Positions 12,589-25,579 of a stretch of DNA of 64,000 nt are shown one piece after another. This DNA is from Hypanus sabinus (taxonomy: Eukaryota). Within the stretch, counting starts at the first letter, position 1; every line of letters begins with the position of its first letter. The stretch covers positions 77,066,001 to 77,130,000 of the forward strand of contig NC_082719.1 in the NCBI RefSeq assembly GCF_030144855.1, in the 5' to 3' direction. Position numbers and translations under genes: made by a program. The notes under the pieces are model-generated. The model was not told the DNA's origin. It saw nothing but the letters and a program-made list of their open reading frames with translations, and did not search any database.

Positions 12589-12910
12589 TCAATCAAGTTG
12601 AATGCTTATTTGGAAAATCATTAAAAATTCATGTAATTCTGAGCTATTAGGGGTCAAATAGTAGATAAAACAAGATGGACTAAATATTTGTACTTTACAG
12701 AAATTATTACCCCTAGTTAGCCTGCAATATACAACAATCACTTTTTGAAGCTATCAACTGCCAGTCACATCTTTTGACTTTGTAAAGGCAGCCTTAATGC
12801 ATTTTATAAAATGTTCTTGAGTCACTATACACTCAGCAGATATATTTAAAGAATACATCATGATTATTAAAATTATTTTTCAGCACAAAATAAAGTAGCT
12901 TTTACTTAAC

Positions 12911-13051
12911 TGTTCATTTTTCAGAAGATAATATTGGCATGGGTAGAAGATCGGCAAGATCTTATCTAATACATGAATTACTGCTTTAAGACACTTTGAC
13001 TGTACCAGTATTTCCAGAAGAGCTATGCCTTCAGAGCAGAACTTGTCAGCG
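12911..13051 (-). CDS. EPG5: EPG5 exon 17
   Basis: [39 protein letters not shown]; donor CA|GTTAAGT, 141 nt. Confidence 0.93.
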
Positions 13052-14214
13052 CTAAGTGGAAAAAATACAGAATCAGTAAAGCGTAATACTAATTTCACAT
13101 CTTTGAATAAAGCTTAGCAGCATATAAAGCTGCCATATGAATCTGTTTAAACAGTAATAATGCAGTAATTGACAGAAGGTCTTTAAAAGCTTCCATTAGA
13201 CTGGAGTTACCATATTGGATCAGTAGCCTTGGCCACTGTTTGATTTTGTTAATTGATAAATGTCAGTTATAGAAATTGAGTAATTTTCCAGTTTGTATTA
13301 ATTGAACACAATGATATAATAATTTTCATCTTTTACAAAACACTAATGCACAGAATAGTCATATATTGATATGTTTTTTGTAAACACTCACAAGTGACTT
13401 TCATAATATAGAACCTACACTGCAGTGTACAGGAGGGCTCTAAAACTGCTCAATGCATCACCAGCCTACCCGCCATCAAGGGCTTGTATACAGAAAGGTG
13501 CCAGAAAAAGGCCAGAAATATCATGAAGAATTCCACCCACCTTGTTCTTGGACTGCTTGCTCCATTCCCATCAGGGAAGATGCTACACAGCATTCACGCT
13601 AGGACTACATCAAAGTCCTTTCTGAAAGCCCCCACCACCTAGGCCATGTTCTTCTTGCTGCTGCCATTATTAGGACTGGTGAAGGGTCTCGGCTCAAAAT
13701 GTCAACTGTTTATTCTTTTCCATAGATGCTGCCTGGACTGCTGAGTTCCTCCAGCATTTTGTGTGTGATGCTTTTTTGTTTGTTCATCTCCAATGATGAA
13801 TGACTTAGCAAAGCTACTGACTGGGAGATTAATATTTATCATATCACCTTATGCTAAAGAATTAGGCCATTTAGTCTATGAAGCTTCTGCTAGCTTCCAA
13901 ATCAATTCATCAATCCCATTCTTTTATTTTACTCAAACATATTTGCTCCTATCAATTCCTTCCAATTTGCTTCTTAACCAAGTGCGCTACAGTCTGTTTA
14001 CCTACTAGCATGTCTTCAGGATAGGGGAAGGAATGAGACTCCTGGAGGTAACTCATGCAGTCAAACAAAAAGTTACCCGAGGTTAGAATCAACTCCAAGT
14101 CATTGGAGCTATGTGGCAGCAGCAGCATCTCTGCCACTGAAAAAAGAGAAATAAAATCCTTGTCATAACTAATTTTAAAATCTAAAATTCCTAATACTTT
14201 ATAACTTGACGTAC

Positions 14215-14474
14215 CTGTGACCTATTGACGTTATTGAAAGTGCAAGATAACAACCAATAGGAATGCCAGCTTTTACAGCTTTAAAAAGTGGATGGAGGGC
14301 TGGTAACTCATTCATTTCTGGTGCAGTGGAGGGGTTACTGATAGGTGTCCAGCCCTGGTCACTGTATGAATGGCTACTGTGTAGCTTCAATCTGACAACC
14401 AATTCCCATGCCCAGTGATTAAATAAGGCCTCCGGAGTCTGGTTCAGGCGAACAACACTAGCTAAGTAGGATAC
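14215..14474 (-). CDS. EPG5: EPG5 exon 16
   Basis: VSYLASVVRL..FNHWAWELVVRLKLH..LHPLFKAVKAGIPIGCYLALSITSIGH; AG/GT, 260 nt. Confidence 0.95.
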
Positions 14475-14740
14475 CTAAGATTAATACAAATAAATGAAAG
14501 TATTAATAATAATTAGTTCTGAAAATCTAATAGTTTAGTAACCACTTATCTTTTAACAGAGGTATAAACATATCTTATCACTTTAAATTGAAATACTTCA
14601 ACATATACAAGGCTTAAAAACTATCATACTTCAAGAACACTTTTCAAAGATTCTTTTAGAAAATTTTTGGAAGTGAATGACGACATTATAAATGGTCCAC
14701 TTGCATGGATACATTCTTCACTAATTCAGATTTTCATCAT

Positions 14741-14990
14741 TTTCTTCTGAGCCTTCACCCGCTGGAGCACAGGCTACTGAAAGCAGCTCACCAGAGTTCT
14801 CTATCCTGGGCCAGTCTCTCAAGTTGTCCCCAGCGGTAGCCCATTCTCAAAGATCCTTCCCCAGATAAGGTCTTTGGAGCCTCTTTTAGCTTTTCTGTAA
14901 CTCTGGGTTTTCACAAAATGGGGCTGCTAGTCTCATGCCTAACCCTCCTACTTTAGTAGTTGGGCTTGGCAGAGTCCATGGCAGAGTTAG
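14741..14990. mobile_element. Short retroposed element with 12-bp TSD
   Basis: GATTTTCATCAT at 14729-14740 and 14991-15002. Confidence 0.6.
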
Positions 14991-15086
14991 GATTTTCATC
15001 ATGTTCAAGTGTTTTTGCCAATAACATGCAACAGGCAAACTATGACATATTTTACAGCATTATCCAAAAAATGATCTCCACATTAC

Positions 15087-15209
15087 CTGCTTTATGCTTT
15101 CAGAGATAAATCCACTGTAAGGTTTGTCAGTGAGGTACTTCTGATATGCTTCTAGAACCATTAATGCTACTTCAGTATGAAGGGAAGGATCAAGAGCAAG
15201 TTTTGATTG
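15087..15209 (-). CDS. EPG5: EPG5 exon 15
   Basis: [41 protein letters not shown]; AG/GT, 123 nt. Confidence 0.95.
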
Positions 15210-15296
15210 CTGGAAAATAAATCCAAGTATTAAGATAGGATAGAGTTTTATGCATCAGCTACCACAACATGGCCCCAAAAACTCACTTTACTTTTC

Positions 15297-16277
15297 CAGG
15301 TGGCCCCCGTTTTTCGAATGTTCACTTTACGACACCTTGCTGTTACGAAAGACCTACATTAGTTACCTGTTTTCACTAACAGAAGGTATTTTCACCGATA
15401 CGAGAAAAGGTAGTGCGCGCCCCGAGCAGCCAAGCTTCTCCCCAGGAACTGCATTTTAGCCGCCACTGCTTAAACGTGTGCCTGTGAGCATCTGTGCTTT
15501 ATGTCGATTTATTTTGTGCATCTGTTAGCTAGGTAAGTTCTAAGGTATCGGAAAAACCTAAAAGAGCTCGTAAGGGTGTTAGACTTAGCATACAACTAGA
15601 CATAATTAAGCGTTTCGATCCTGGTGAACGAAGCAAGGACATTGCCCGTGCGTTGAACCATTCACACTATTTATAAGCAGAGAGAAAGAATCTTGAAAGC
15701 TGCCAATGTTACTGTTGGTTCTGCTCGTAGCGAAGTGGTCTCTCTTAGTTGGTATCCAATAATGGATAAAATGTAAAGTCTATTGTTTGAGTGGATTGAT
15801 GGGTGTACAAAGCGTGGTGTTCTATTAAGTTATCTTATACTTAAGAAGAAATCAGTCAGTTTTTTTTAATAACCTGTAACAGAAAGCACTGGAAGATGGT
15901 GGTGAAAGTGTTGCGAAGCTTGAAGTTAAAGGTAGAGACTGCTGGAGGTAGTTACTGGAGAGACTGCTTCTGCTACGCTAGTAGCGCTACATAGTGAGAA
16001 TTTCGCTGTGCTAGACAGTGCTGCAATGATTGCAGAAAAGTATTTCTATTTATATAGGCTGTGTATTATCATATCATTCCTGCTTTTACTATATGTTACT
16101 GTTATTTTAGGTTTTATGTGTTATTTGGCATGATTTTGTAGGTTCTTTTTTGGGGTCTGGGAACGCTCAAAATTTTTCCCATATAAATAAATGGTAATTG
16201 CTTATTCACTTTATGACATTCCAGCTTACGAACCGTTTCATAGGAATGCTCTACCTTTGGATTGCGGGGGAAACCTG
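15297..16277 (+). mobile_element. Tigger/pogo-like DNA transposon deletion derivative
   Basis: TIRs CAGGTGGCCCCCG / CGGGGGAAACCTG; CENP-B-like HTH remnant LDIIKRFDPGERSKDIARALN..SLLFEWID. Confidence 0.8.
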
Positions 16278-16399
16278 TATTTAATTTCCTCTAACTAAAT
16301 TAAATTTGAGATCCAATGTTCTTCAGTAGTAGGGCATGTTATTGCTTGTGTTTCAGGGCCAAGCCAGCTTTTGGGCTTCAAAGTAGTAGTAGTAATAAT

Positions 16400-17890
16400 A
16401 ATAATGACTTATTTATAGAGCAATTTTCATACAGATAATATAGCTCAAAGTGTTTGCAATGGGGTAAACTGCAAACATGAAACTAAAATTTAAAAAACCA
16501 TGAAAATAAAAGACAAAAAGATGTTAGTTAAAAGTAGGGTTAAATAAATAGGTTTTGAGCTGACGTTTAAAGGTGTCAACTGAATCTGTGCTCTTATTGT
16601 TTTAGATATTGAATTTCACAGCTTAGAAGCCGTAATTCAAAATTGGCTGACCTGCCAATTATCTTTTGAGGGAGATTGTTTAAAGTTAAGAGACCAGCAG
16701 CACAAGATCTGAGATCTCGAGCAGGATTATAAAATGAAAATTATTCTGTGATGTACTCCATTCCTAGACCATTAAGAGATTTAAAAATAAGTAAGCAAAC
16801 TGTAATAGGAATACTAAACGATACAGAAAGCTAACGCAGAGTAGCTAGGACAGTAGTGAAATGTTGCCTCATCCTGGTTTTAGTTAAAAATCTAGCAGTG
16901 GCATTCTGAATGAGTTGATGCTTGTCATTAGTTTGCTTTGGAAGGCCAGTAAAAAGTGCATTGCAGTAATCTAGTCTATTCAATATAATAGCATGAATTA
17001 GTTTAAGTATCAATATGTGACAGAAACAAATGTACCTTTGCAATATTTCTTAAGTGTAGGAATGCTACTCTGATCACTTTCTTTACGTGGAATTTAAAGT
17101 TCAAATCTGAATCAAGAATAACACCCTGGCTTGATACTTCTGATTTTACAAGGAGAGATAAGTTCCTAAGTTTATCGCTTCTGGCTTTGGGACTAACCAT
17201 AGTTACTTCAGTTTTATCTCAGTTCCGTTTTAGGAAATTATTGCTCATCCATTTGTTTATTGCAGCCATACCAGGAATCAGAGAAGATGGGGGGTTATCA
17301 TCATCAGGCTCAACTGAGATACACAATTGTGTGTCATCTGCTTAACTATGGCAAACAAGTTTATGCTCTGTAATAATGTCTCCTAAAGGGAACATGTATA
17401 AGGGGAAGCGGAGGGGACCAAGATAACCTCCCTGAGCAACACCAAAAGCTATAGTGTATCTCTTAGAAAAATGGTATCCTGAACAAGACAAAAAAATTTC
17501 TCTAAGATATATGACCTAAGCCAACTGAGGGCATTACCAGAGAGGCCACAAATATCGAGGAGATCCAGGAGAACATTGTGGTCAACTGTGTCAAAGGCAG
17601 TACTTAGCTCTAGAGGAATTTGAACAGACTTATCAGTGTTGAGCGGAAGGTCGTTGATAATTTTGATAAGGGCCACCTGTGTGCTTGGTTTACTCTAAAA
17701 CTTAACTGTTCTAGAATATTGTTCTCATCTAGAAAGTTGCTAATTGGTTGAAAATGACTTTCTCAACAGTATTGCCCAACAAGGGAAGATCTGATATAGG
17801 CCTGAGTTAGCTAGTACCTCACTATCAAAGCTTGGCCTCTTAAGTAGGGGGTTGACAGCCTCAATTTTGAAGGCATTTGGAAAAACTCTG
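16400..17890 (-). mobile_element. L2 LINE 3' fragment
   Basis: STAFDTVDH..WLRSY; GVILDSDLNF; LIHAIILNRLDYCNALFTGLP..QLIQNATAR. Confidence 0.88.
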
Positions 17891-17939
17891 ATTTCAATTT
17901 CCTATTCCTATTTTACTGGATCTGATGCTACCCAGTGAA

Positions 17940-19060
17940 GCAATAAGATTGCTTCCCTCAGTCTCTGGAGCCAATGCATTCTAGTTGAGAGTAGCATTCA
18001 ACATAGCCAAATTCTCAGCACCAGACAATGGTAAAGTTGGAGAAGTTATTCGTCGAGAGCAAGACATCAGCACTGGTGTACACAGCTCTGTGTAGGTCCT
18101 TCATGGAGCTGTTTGACCCCCAGGATTTGACCCACGCACCAATCAAGATATATGGCATCATATGGCATCAGTAGATATTTCAAGTTTTGCTGAGAGAACT
18201 TGTCTGCACAAGACCTCCACAGGGCACTGTGGTACAAATGATTTCAGTCAGCTTCCACAGGACTCCATTTCCAAAGACACTGTGTTACAGTTTGTAGAAA
18301 GCTGCTCTGCTGTTCCTCTTCACCGATAAACTTTTGGGAGAAATGACAGCAAAAAAAACCAAAGGTACCCTATATACTCTAGAGCCATCTCAGTTACATG
18401 GATGAGATGAGTGATAGTCAGCCGGCTTGGATGGGCTAGTGGACAACCTTTGACTTTGTAATGTTCAAGAACAACCTAAGTTTCTTAACTGAAGCATTAA
18501 ATGGATTCACTGTTGCTTGAAGACCATGTGCAGAGTAGCTAACACACAAGCTGATTCTGGTTATCCTTGATAACGAGCTATTATTTAAGCAATGGAAAGG
18601 ACTATTATTAGAGTATTTACTGTCAGTTGATACTAGATACCAAAGTCAGATGATAATTGATTTCAACAAGGTGGAAGATGACTGTCAAGTAGGAAGAGGT
18701 GAGATAAATTACAAAACCTTGTTTGGACTCCAGATGTGGGAGCCATCAGTCTCAAGCGTTACATTCAGGACAATGACAGTCCTGTCATCATGCCCAAGTC
18801 TGAGGATGATGAAAACCAATGCAATGGAGGGCAATCCAGAGACCCAACAGATTTAAGAAACTGAACATCTTCAACAGGCCAGTGAACGTAAGAACAGTTA
18901 CTGATTTGGTTCCCAGCATTTTGTTTTTGTTTGTTTCTCCCCAGCAGTTCTGCTATATGTATGCTTCCAAGAGGTGTCTCTCACCACAGGGCAAAGGAGG
19001 TTCAGGATAATGTGGCCAGGACATTATCCCAACTAGACAGGAAGGAAATACCCCTTCCTT
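17940..19060 (-). mobile_element. Highly decayed RTE-type LINE RT fragment
   Basis: Weak RT-like peptide traces on the minus strand (..LNITKSKV.., RAAFYKL). Confidence 0.4.
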
Positions 19061-19095
19061 ATAAGTTGGTACAGTGATTAAATCTCAGGGTTGTA

Positions 19096-19609
19096 CAGGT
19101 GGCCCCCGTTTTTCAAACGTTCGCTTTATGACAGCTCGCTGTTACAAAAGACCTACATTACTACCTGTTTTCGCTAACCAAAGAGGATTTTCGCTTTTAC
19201 GAAAAAGACGCCCGCTTTGTATGTGTTACCCCGAGAAAGACTACCATGACCGCGAAGCCTTGTGCAGGCAGTTGTCCATGCAGGCGTATACGTACATATG
19301 CATGTACGTGCCAATTTTTTTTCTCCACATCGATTTTGGCTTGCTGTCTTCCCGATTTTGATAAGCACATATGATATGATACATATGATATTTCTATTTT
19401 ATATAGGCTGTATATTTATCACATCATTCCTGCTTTTACTATATGTTTGTGTTATTTGGTTTGATTTGGTATGTTATTTTGTTGGGTCTGGGAACGCTCA
19501 AAAATTTTTCCCATGTAAATTAATGGTAATTGCTTCTTTGCTTTACGACATTTCGGCTTACAAACGTTTTCATAGGAACACTCTACCTTCGGATAGCGGG
19601 GGAATCCTG
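19096..19609 (+). mobile_element. Tigger-like MITE, same family as 15297-16277
   Basis: Shared termini CAGGTGGCCCCCG..CGGGGGAATCCTG, TA on both sides. Confidence 0.85.
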
Positions 19610-19879
19610 TATACAGTGACGTACATGTACTTTGATAATAGATTTACTTTCAACTTTGATTGGCATCCCCAAGATCACCAAGAAATCTCCTTCCCAGATC
19701 TCTGCTGGAATTTTGTCATATTCGGGAAGCCACTGTTATGACAGACCACGACATATAGCCCACTAGTTTAACTGATTTCCATCTGTAGGGATGGACCACT
19801 TCAGTTCTCCAGTCGTTGATGTATTGCCAAGCGCATTGTAGTGTGGCTTGCAGGATCTCCTCTGATATGATGGACTCAC

Positions 19880-21025
19880 TGTCCATCGACTATAGCTCAG
19901 CACTTAATACCATCATTCCCACAATCCTGATTGAGAATTTGCAGAACCTGGGCCTCTGTCCCTCCCTCTGCAATTGGATCCTTGACTTCCTAACTGGAAG
20001 ACCACAATCTGTGTGGATTGATGATAACATATCCTCCTTGCTGATGGTCAACACTGGCGCACCTCAGGGGTGTGTGCTTAGCCCACTGCTCTACTCTATA
20101 TACACGTGACTGTGTGGCTAGGTATAGCTCAAATACTATCTATAAATTTGCTGACAATACCACCATTGCTGGTAGAATTTCAGGTGGTGACGAGGGGGCG
20201 TACAGGAGTGAGATATGCCAACTAGTGGAGTGGTGCTGCAGCAACACCCTGGCACTCAATGTCGGTAAGACGAAAGAGCTGATTGTGGACTTCAGGAAGG
20301 ATAAGATGCAGGAACACATACCAATCCTCAGAGGGATCAGAACTGGTGAGAATGAGTAGCTTCAAGATGCTGGGTGTCAAGATCTCTGAGGATCTAACCT
20401 GGACCCAACATGTCAATGTAGTTATAAAGAAGGCAAGACAGCAGTTATACGTTATTAGGAGTTTGAAGAGATTTGGCATGTCAATAAATACACTCAAGAA
20501 CTATAGTTGTACTGTGGACAGCATTCTGACAGACTGCATCACTGTCTGGTATGGAGGGGCTACTGCACAGGACCAAAAGAAGCGGCAGAAGGTTGTAAAT
20601 TTAGTCAGCTCTACCTTGGGTACTAGCCTACAAAGTACCCAGGACATCTTTAGGGAGCAGTGTCTCAGAAAGGCAGAATCCATTATTAAGGACCTTCAGC
20701 ACCCAGAGCATGCCCCTTTCTCACTGTTACCATCAGGTACGAGGTACAGAAGCCTGAAGGCACACACTCAATGATTCAGGAACAGCTTCTTCCCTTCTGC
20801 CATCTGATTCCTCAATGGACATTGAATCTTTGGACACTACCTCACTTCTTTAAAAATACAGTACTTCTGTTTTTGCATGCACCTTTTAATCTATTCTATA
20901 TACTTAATTGATTTACTTATTTATTATTGTTTTACTTTTTTTTCTCTGCTAGATTATGTATTGAATTGAACTGCTGCTGTTAAGTTAACAAATTTCATGT
21001 GCTGGTGATAATAAACCTGATTCTG
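19880..21025 (+). mobile_element. Rex1/Babar-like LINE 3' fragment
   Basis: [46 protein letters not shown]. Confidence 0.88.
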
Positions 21026-21849
21026 TTGAGCACAGGAATTTAAAATGCTTCTTCCAAATCTGTTTTATGGTGTCATCTTCCTTAAGAAGCAGGGAACTAT
21101 CCAAGGGTGTGGGGCCCATAGTCTGTCCTTGAAGCTAAAAGTTGCATGTTCTGTCAGTCTGCATAGCTGGATCTTTTATACCATCTCCACTCACCAGTGT
21201 TTTCTCATTACAAATGCATCACTGGATCACGACCAGTTTTGTGGATGGCTTTCTCAGGTTTATACTCAAGGAGATCATGAATCTGCGTGTTATTATATAC
21301 AAATTATTTCTGGCTCCATGATTACATGAAATCAATAGCCTTGGAGAGCAGACTTCAGCTGCTCCCAGTGTACCTAGAAGGAGATGTTATCTATGGTATT
21401 AATTTGCTCCTGTTCACTACAAAACTACATCTTAAAGTTATGCTTCTGCTGTCCCAGATCTTTGGGAACTGCAACATTTAGTCAGCCCCAGATAGCCTTG
21501 GTGCTATCGGAGAACTGAGAATCTATTTTTAGTGGTTTTCAGATTTGCTCACAAACTGTAATGAGTATACTGCTTTGGTCTTTGCTAAGTCGAATGATGT
21601 TCTCTGTAAAGTGCCAGTACTCAGCCCTGAGATTTTCAAATGACTGCTATAACTGAACCCAAGTTCAGGGAAATGGGAGTAACCTGAAAGGTGTTCACTA
21701 GGTGGGGTGGGTAAGTTGTGCAAATGGCTATTTCCATGCTGTACATTTTCTATGACGAAGCATTTAAGAGGAAAACCTGTATTAAGTGAAGTGTTGGATG
21801 TATTTGAGATACAATCTAAACTTAAGTATATTTTAACATGCAAAATTTC

Positions 21850-22703
21850 CAGAATCAGGTTTATTATCACCGGCATGTGACGTGTAATTTGTTAACGTAG
21901 CAGCAGCAGTTCAATGCAATACAGCAATGCAATCTCTCTAGCAGAGAGAGAAAAAAAACATAAAACGTAATAATAAATAAACAAGTAAACCAAATTATGT
22001 ATATTGAATAGATCTAAAAAATGTGCAAAAACAGAAATACTGCATATTAAAGAAGTGAGGTAGTGTCCAAAGCTTCAATGTCCATTTAAGAATCAGATAG
22101 CAGAAGGGAAGAAGCTGTTCCTGAATCGCTGAGTGTGTGCCTTCAGGCTTCTGTATCCCCTACCCAATGGTAACAGTGAGAAAAGGGCATGCCCTGGGTG
22201 CTGGAGGTCCTTAATAATGGATGCTGCCTTCCTGAGACACCACTCCCTAAAGGTGTCCTAGGTACTTTTGTAGGCTAGAATCCAAGATGGAGCTGACTGG
22301 ATTTACAACCCTCTGAGCTTCTTTTGGTCCTGTGCAATAGAACCTTCCATAATAAACAGTGATGCAGTCTATCAGAATGCTCTCCACAGTACATCTACAG
22401 AAGTTTTTGAGTGTACTTGTTGACATGACAAATCTCTTCAAACCCCTAATAAAGTATAGCCGCTGTCTTACCTTCTTTATATCAATCGGTTCAGACCAGG
22501 TTAGATCCTTAGAGATCTTGACACCGAGGAACTTGAAGCTGCTCACTCTCTCCACTTCTGATCCTTCTATGGATTGGTATGTGCTCCTTTGTCTTACCCT
22601 TCCTGAATTCCACAATCAGTTCTTTAATCTTACTGATGTTGAGTGCCAGTTTGTTGCTGCGGCACCATTCCACTAGTTGACATATCTCACTCCTGTATGC
22701 CAA
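21850..22703 (-). mobile_element. Rex1/Babar-like LINE 3' fragment
   Basis: Inverted copy of the 20200-21025 family (VERVSSFKFLGVKISKDLTWS). Confidence 0.88.
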
Positions 22704-22920
22704 TCAACAAATTAACTCAGTGACTTCTGCCTGTGTTCAAATGTAGCAATAATTCTTTGTGGTTTTAAGAAGTATAGATCAGTTTAAATAAAACTCAACC
22801 TACTATCATTATGAAAAATGCACAATCCTAGTCAGTTAAAATATCAGGAGAATCTATGACAAAGCTTTGCCAAGCTGTTAACAAAATGCAGCTTTCTGCC
22901 TCCCACTCAGTTTAACATAC

Positions 22921-23085
22921 CTGCTCATCAACACCCCAGTTCAGTCCTTCAAGTATGATGCAAGCCAGCTTGTTCTCAACAGCAGTTAAATTGTACTTCA
23001 GAAGCCAGTCATGAATTACATCCATTTCAACTGAAGTTATCTTCCACAGGTGCAGTGGAAGTTCTTTAAAGAGATACAAAGAAAC
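22921..23085 (-). CDS. EPG5: EPG5 exon 14
   Basis: [40 protein letters not shown]; AG/GT, 165 nt. Confidence 0.95.
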
Positions 23086-23859
23086 CTGCAGCAATAAGGA
23101 GTCCATTACATTCTCATTGGCCAAAGGAATACTACAATTTTAACATACACGTTACTTTCTCCAATATGATTATATAAATCAGTAATTTATATCCCAGCTC
23201 TCTGAGAATTACACCAATATTGCATAAAGACATTATAAAATATATGATACACTTCTATTCAATGTTCCCTTTATGTTTTTTGTGAACAGCTGCGCAGACT
23301 ATAACCATTGCTCTGAGCTGGAAATTTTTACATGGCCTGCAAAACTACGCAGTACATATTAAAAATATTCCAGTTGTGCGATTACAAAGGCTACTACGTG
23401 GTTGCGTACTCACGTAGCTGAGAGGAGACAGTGCTTCTATTCCATAACAACCTCCTTTTAATGATTATCTTGTGAAACTGATTGTGATTTTGCAAACTCT
23501 TAAAAGTGGCAATATTGTACTGCCCTTTTACTTACATTTTATTTCTGAATTTATCATTCATTACTTAAGTCTATGTGACATTGACAGTAAATATCTTATA
23601 GACAAGTTATAAATGATAAATTCAAAAGCTAAATTGAAGTAAAAGGGCAGTATTATTTAAGTCATTACAGCGGCAGAAACTTTGAAAAGAAATGATAGCA
23701 CAACTTGTTTGACAAAAGTGAAACCAATATCATCTGAAGTACATGCTTGACAACAGAAATCACCACCTGCTACTTTGCTTAGGCAAAATATTGAATGTGC
23801 TCTGGAACTGGAACTATTTTATCACTATGTTTTAGTATTAATCTGTTGTACATATATAT

Positions 23860-24410
23860 TAGAATTACAGTCATAGAAGTACAGCACAAAAACAGTCCCT
23901 TCAGCCCATCTAGTCTATGGTGAAACCATTTAAACTGCCTACTCCTATCAACCTGCACCAAGACCTTTGCCCTCAATATCCCTACCATTCACATACCGAT
24001 CCAAACTTTCTTTAAACATTGAAATTGAGCTCACATGCACCATTTGTGCTGGTAGCTCACTCCACACTCTCATGACCCTCAGAGAGGAAACTCCATCTCA
24101 TGTTCTCCTTAAACTTCTCACCTTTCACCCTTAACCCATGACCTCTGACTGTAGTCTCACCAAGCCTCAGTAGAAAAAGCTTGCTTGCATTTATTCTATC
24201 TACATTCCTCATAATTTTGTATACCTCTATCAACTTCTTTTCTCAATCTTCTACATTCGAATGAACACAGCCCTAACCTATTCAATCTTTCCTTGTAACT
24301 CAGGTCCTCCAGACCTGGCAACATCTTTGTAAATTTTATTGGCACCCTTTTAACCTTATTTACATCTTTCCTGTAGGTAGGTGAACGAAACTGCACACAA
24401 TACTCCGAAT
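23860..24410 (-). mobile_element. CR1 3' fragment
   Basis: KFTKMLPGLEDLSYKERLNRLGL. Confidence 0.8.
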
Positions 24411-25579
24411 TGGAAGTAAAATTTATTCATGAGGTAGAACTTTATGCTAGCGTACTCATTTATTTGTAAAGCAAAAGGACCATAAATGCATATTTGTATG
24501 CCTTTTCACATGCAGTTGCTGAAGAGGATGTTGCACATTTTTAGTTCTCTCATTTCCCTTTACATTGAGGCTTTATTTTCCTCATGATACCAAGGCAAAT
24601 GAGAAACAAAATAAAAACTGCATCCTTTTGCTTTATTTCCCCCACCCCTTGACTTCCCACTTTAGACTCTTGCACATTATGAGACCTTCAACTGTGAATC
24701 ATGCAACCAGCAATTACAATCAGATTGCTTAGTCACCTCATGTGACTATGTCAAGTGTGAGCAAAGAAGTTTCTCATAATGAAATGCTTAATGCTTTCAA
24801 AAACGAACAAGTTCTAAATGTTATATTACTCATCTTACTTCAACACACTTCCAGTTCATTTTTTAAAATATATTTTATCTATCAATATCTATTTGAATCT
24901 ACTCCAAGGCTTTAAATAGCTCATCTGTTGCTGAAACATTCTTTAATGATTATTACTGTTGGAGCTGATAATTACAATGCCAGCCTCCCACCACCATCCC
25001 CCTCACATCTTCTACCAGGTTAAAATTTGAGGTTATTCAAAATCTTTGTTTCTAATAGAATAATTTTCATTGTCATATTTACCCATCACCCCTCTGCCCA
25101 GTGTTCCACACTGGATTCCTCTGAGTAATACATTGATTATAAAATACTGATCATTATTTTCTCCCTCCCATTGTTGGTACCTTCCGACAATGTTCTCCGA
25201 TCGCTTCCTATTTTGGCTTCTTACATATAGAGTTTTAATTGATGTATTAATAATAGGTATCTGTTCAACAACAAGATCCAGACATGATTAAATTTCTCTG
25301 AATCCACACCTTTCTCCTCTTTTATGATGTGCGTAGAAACGTGGGCTTTTCACCAAATTTTTATTTAACAGCCTAAAATCTTGTTAAATGAATGAGAATC
25401 AAATTTTGTTTGATAACATTCCTATGAACCCCTTTTAGTACGTTTTAGTAGCTTAAAGGTGGTGTATCAATATGACCTCTTACTCCACACGAAGAAATGA
25501 AATTAAGTTCTTTATCTTGAAAAGAAATTCTAATTCGTATTAATCCATTCTGTCAAACAGCAGTAAATTAAGTTCCATC

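Noticed and set aside
13985-14140. tRNA gene
   Set aside because: Decayed tRNA-derived SINE-like head with no intact cloverleaf.
19262-19741. 159-aa hydrophobic ORF suggesting a membrane protein
   Set aside because: Lies in the T-rich interior of a Tigger-like MITE; compositional artefact.
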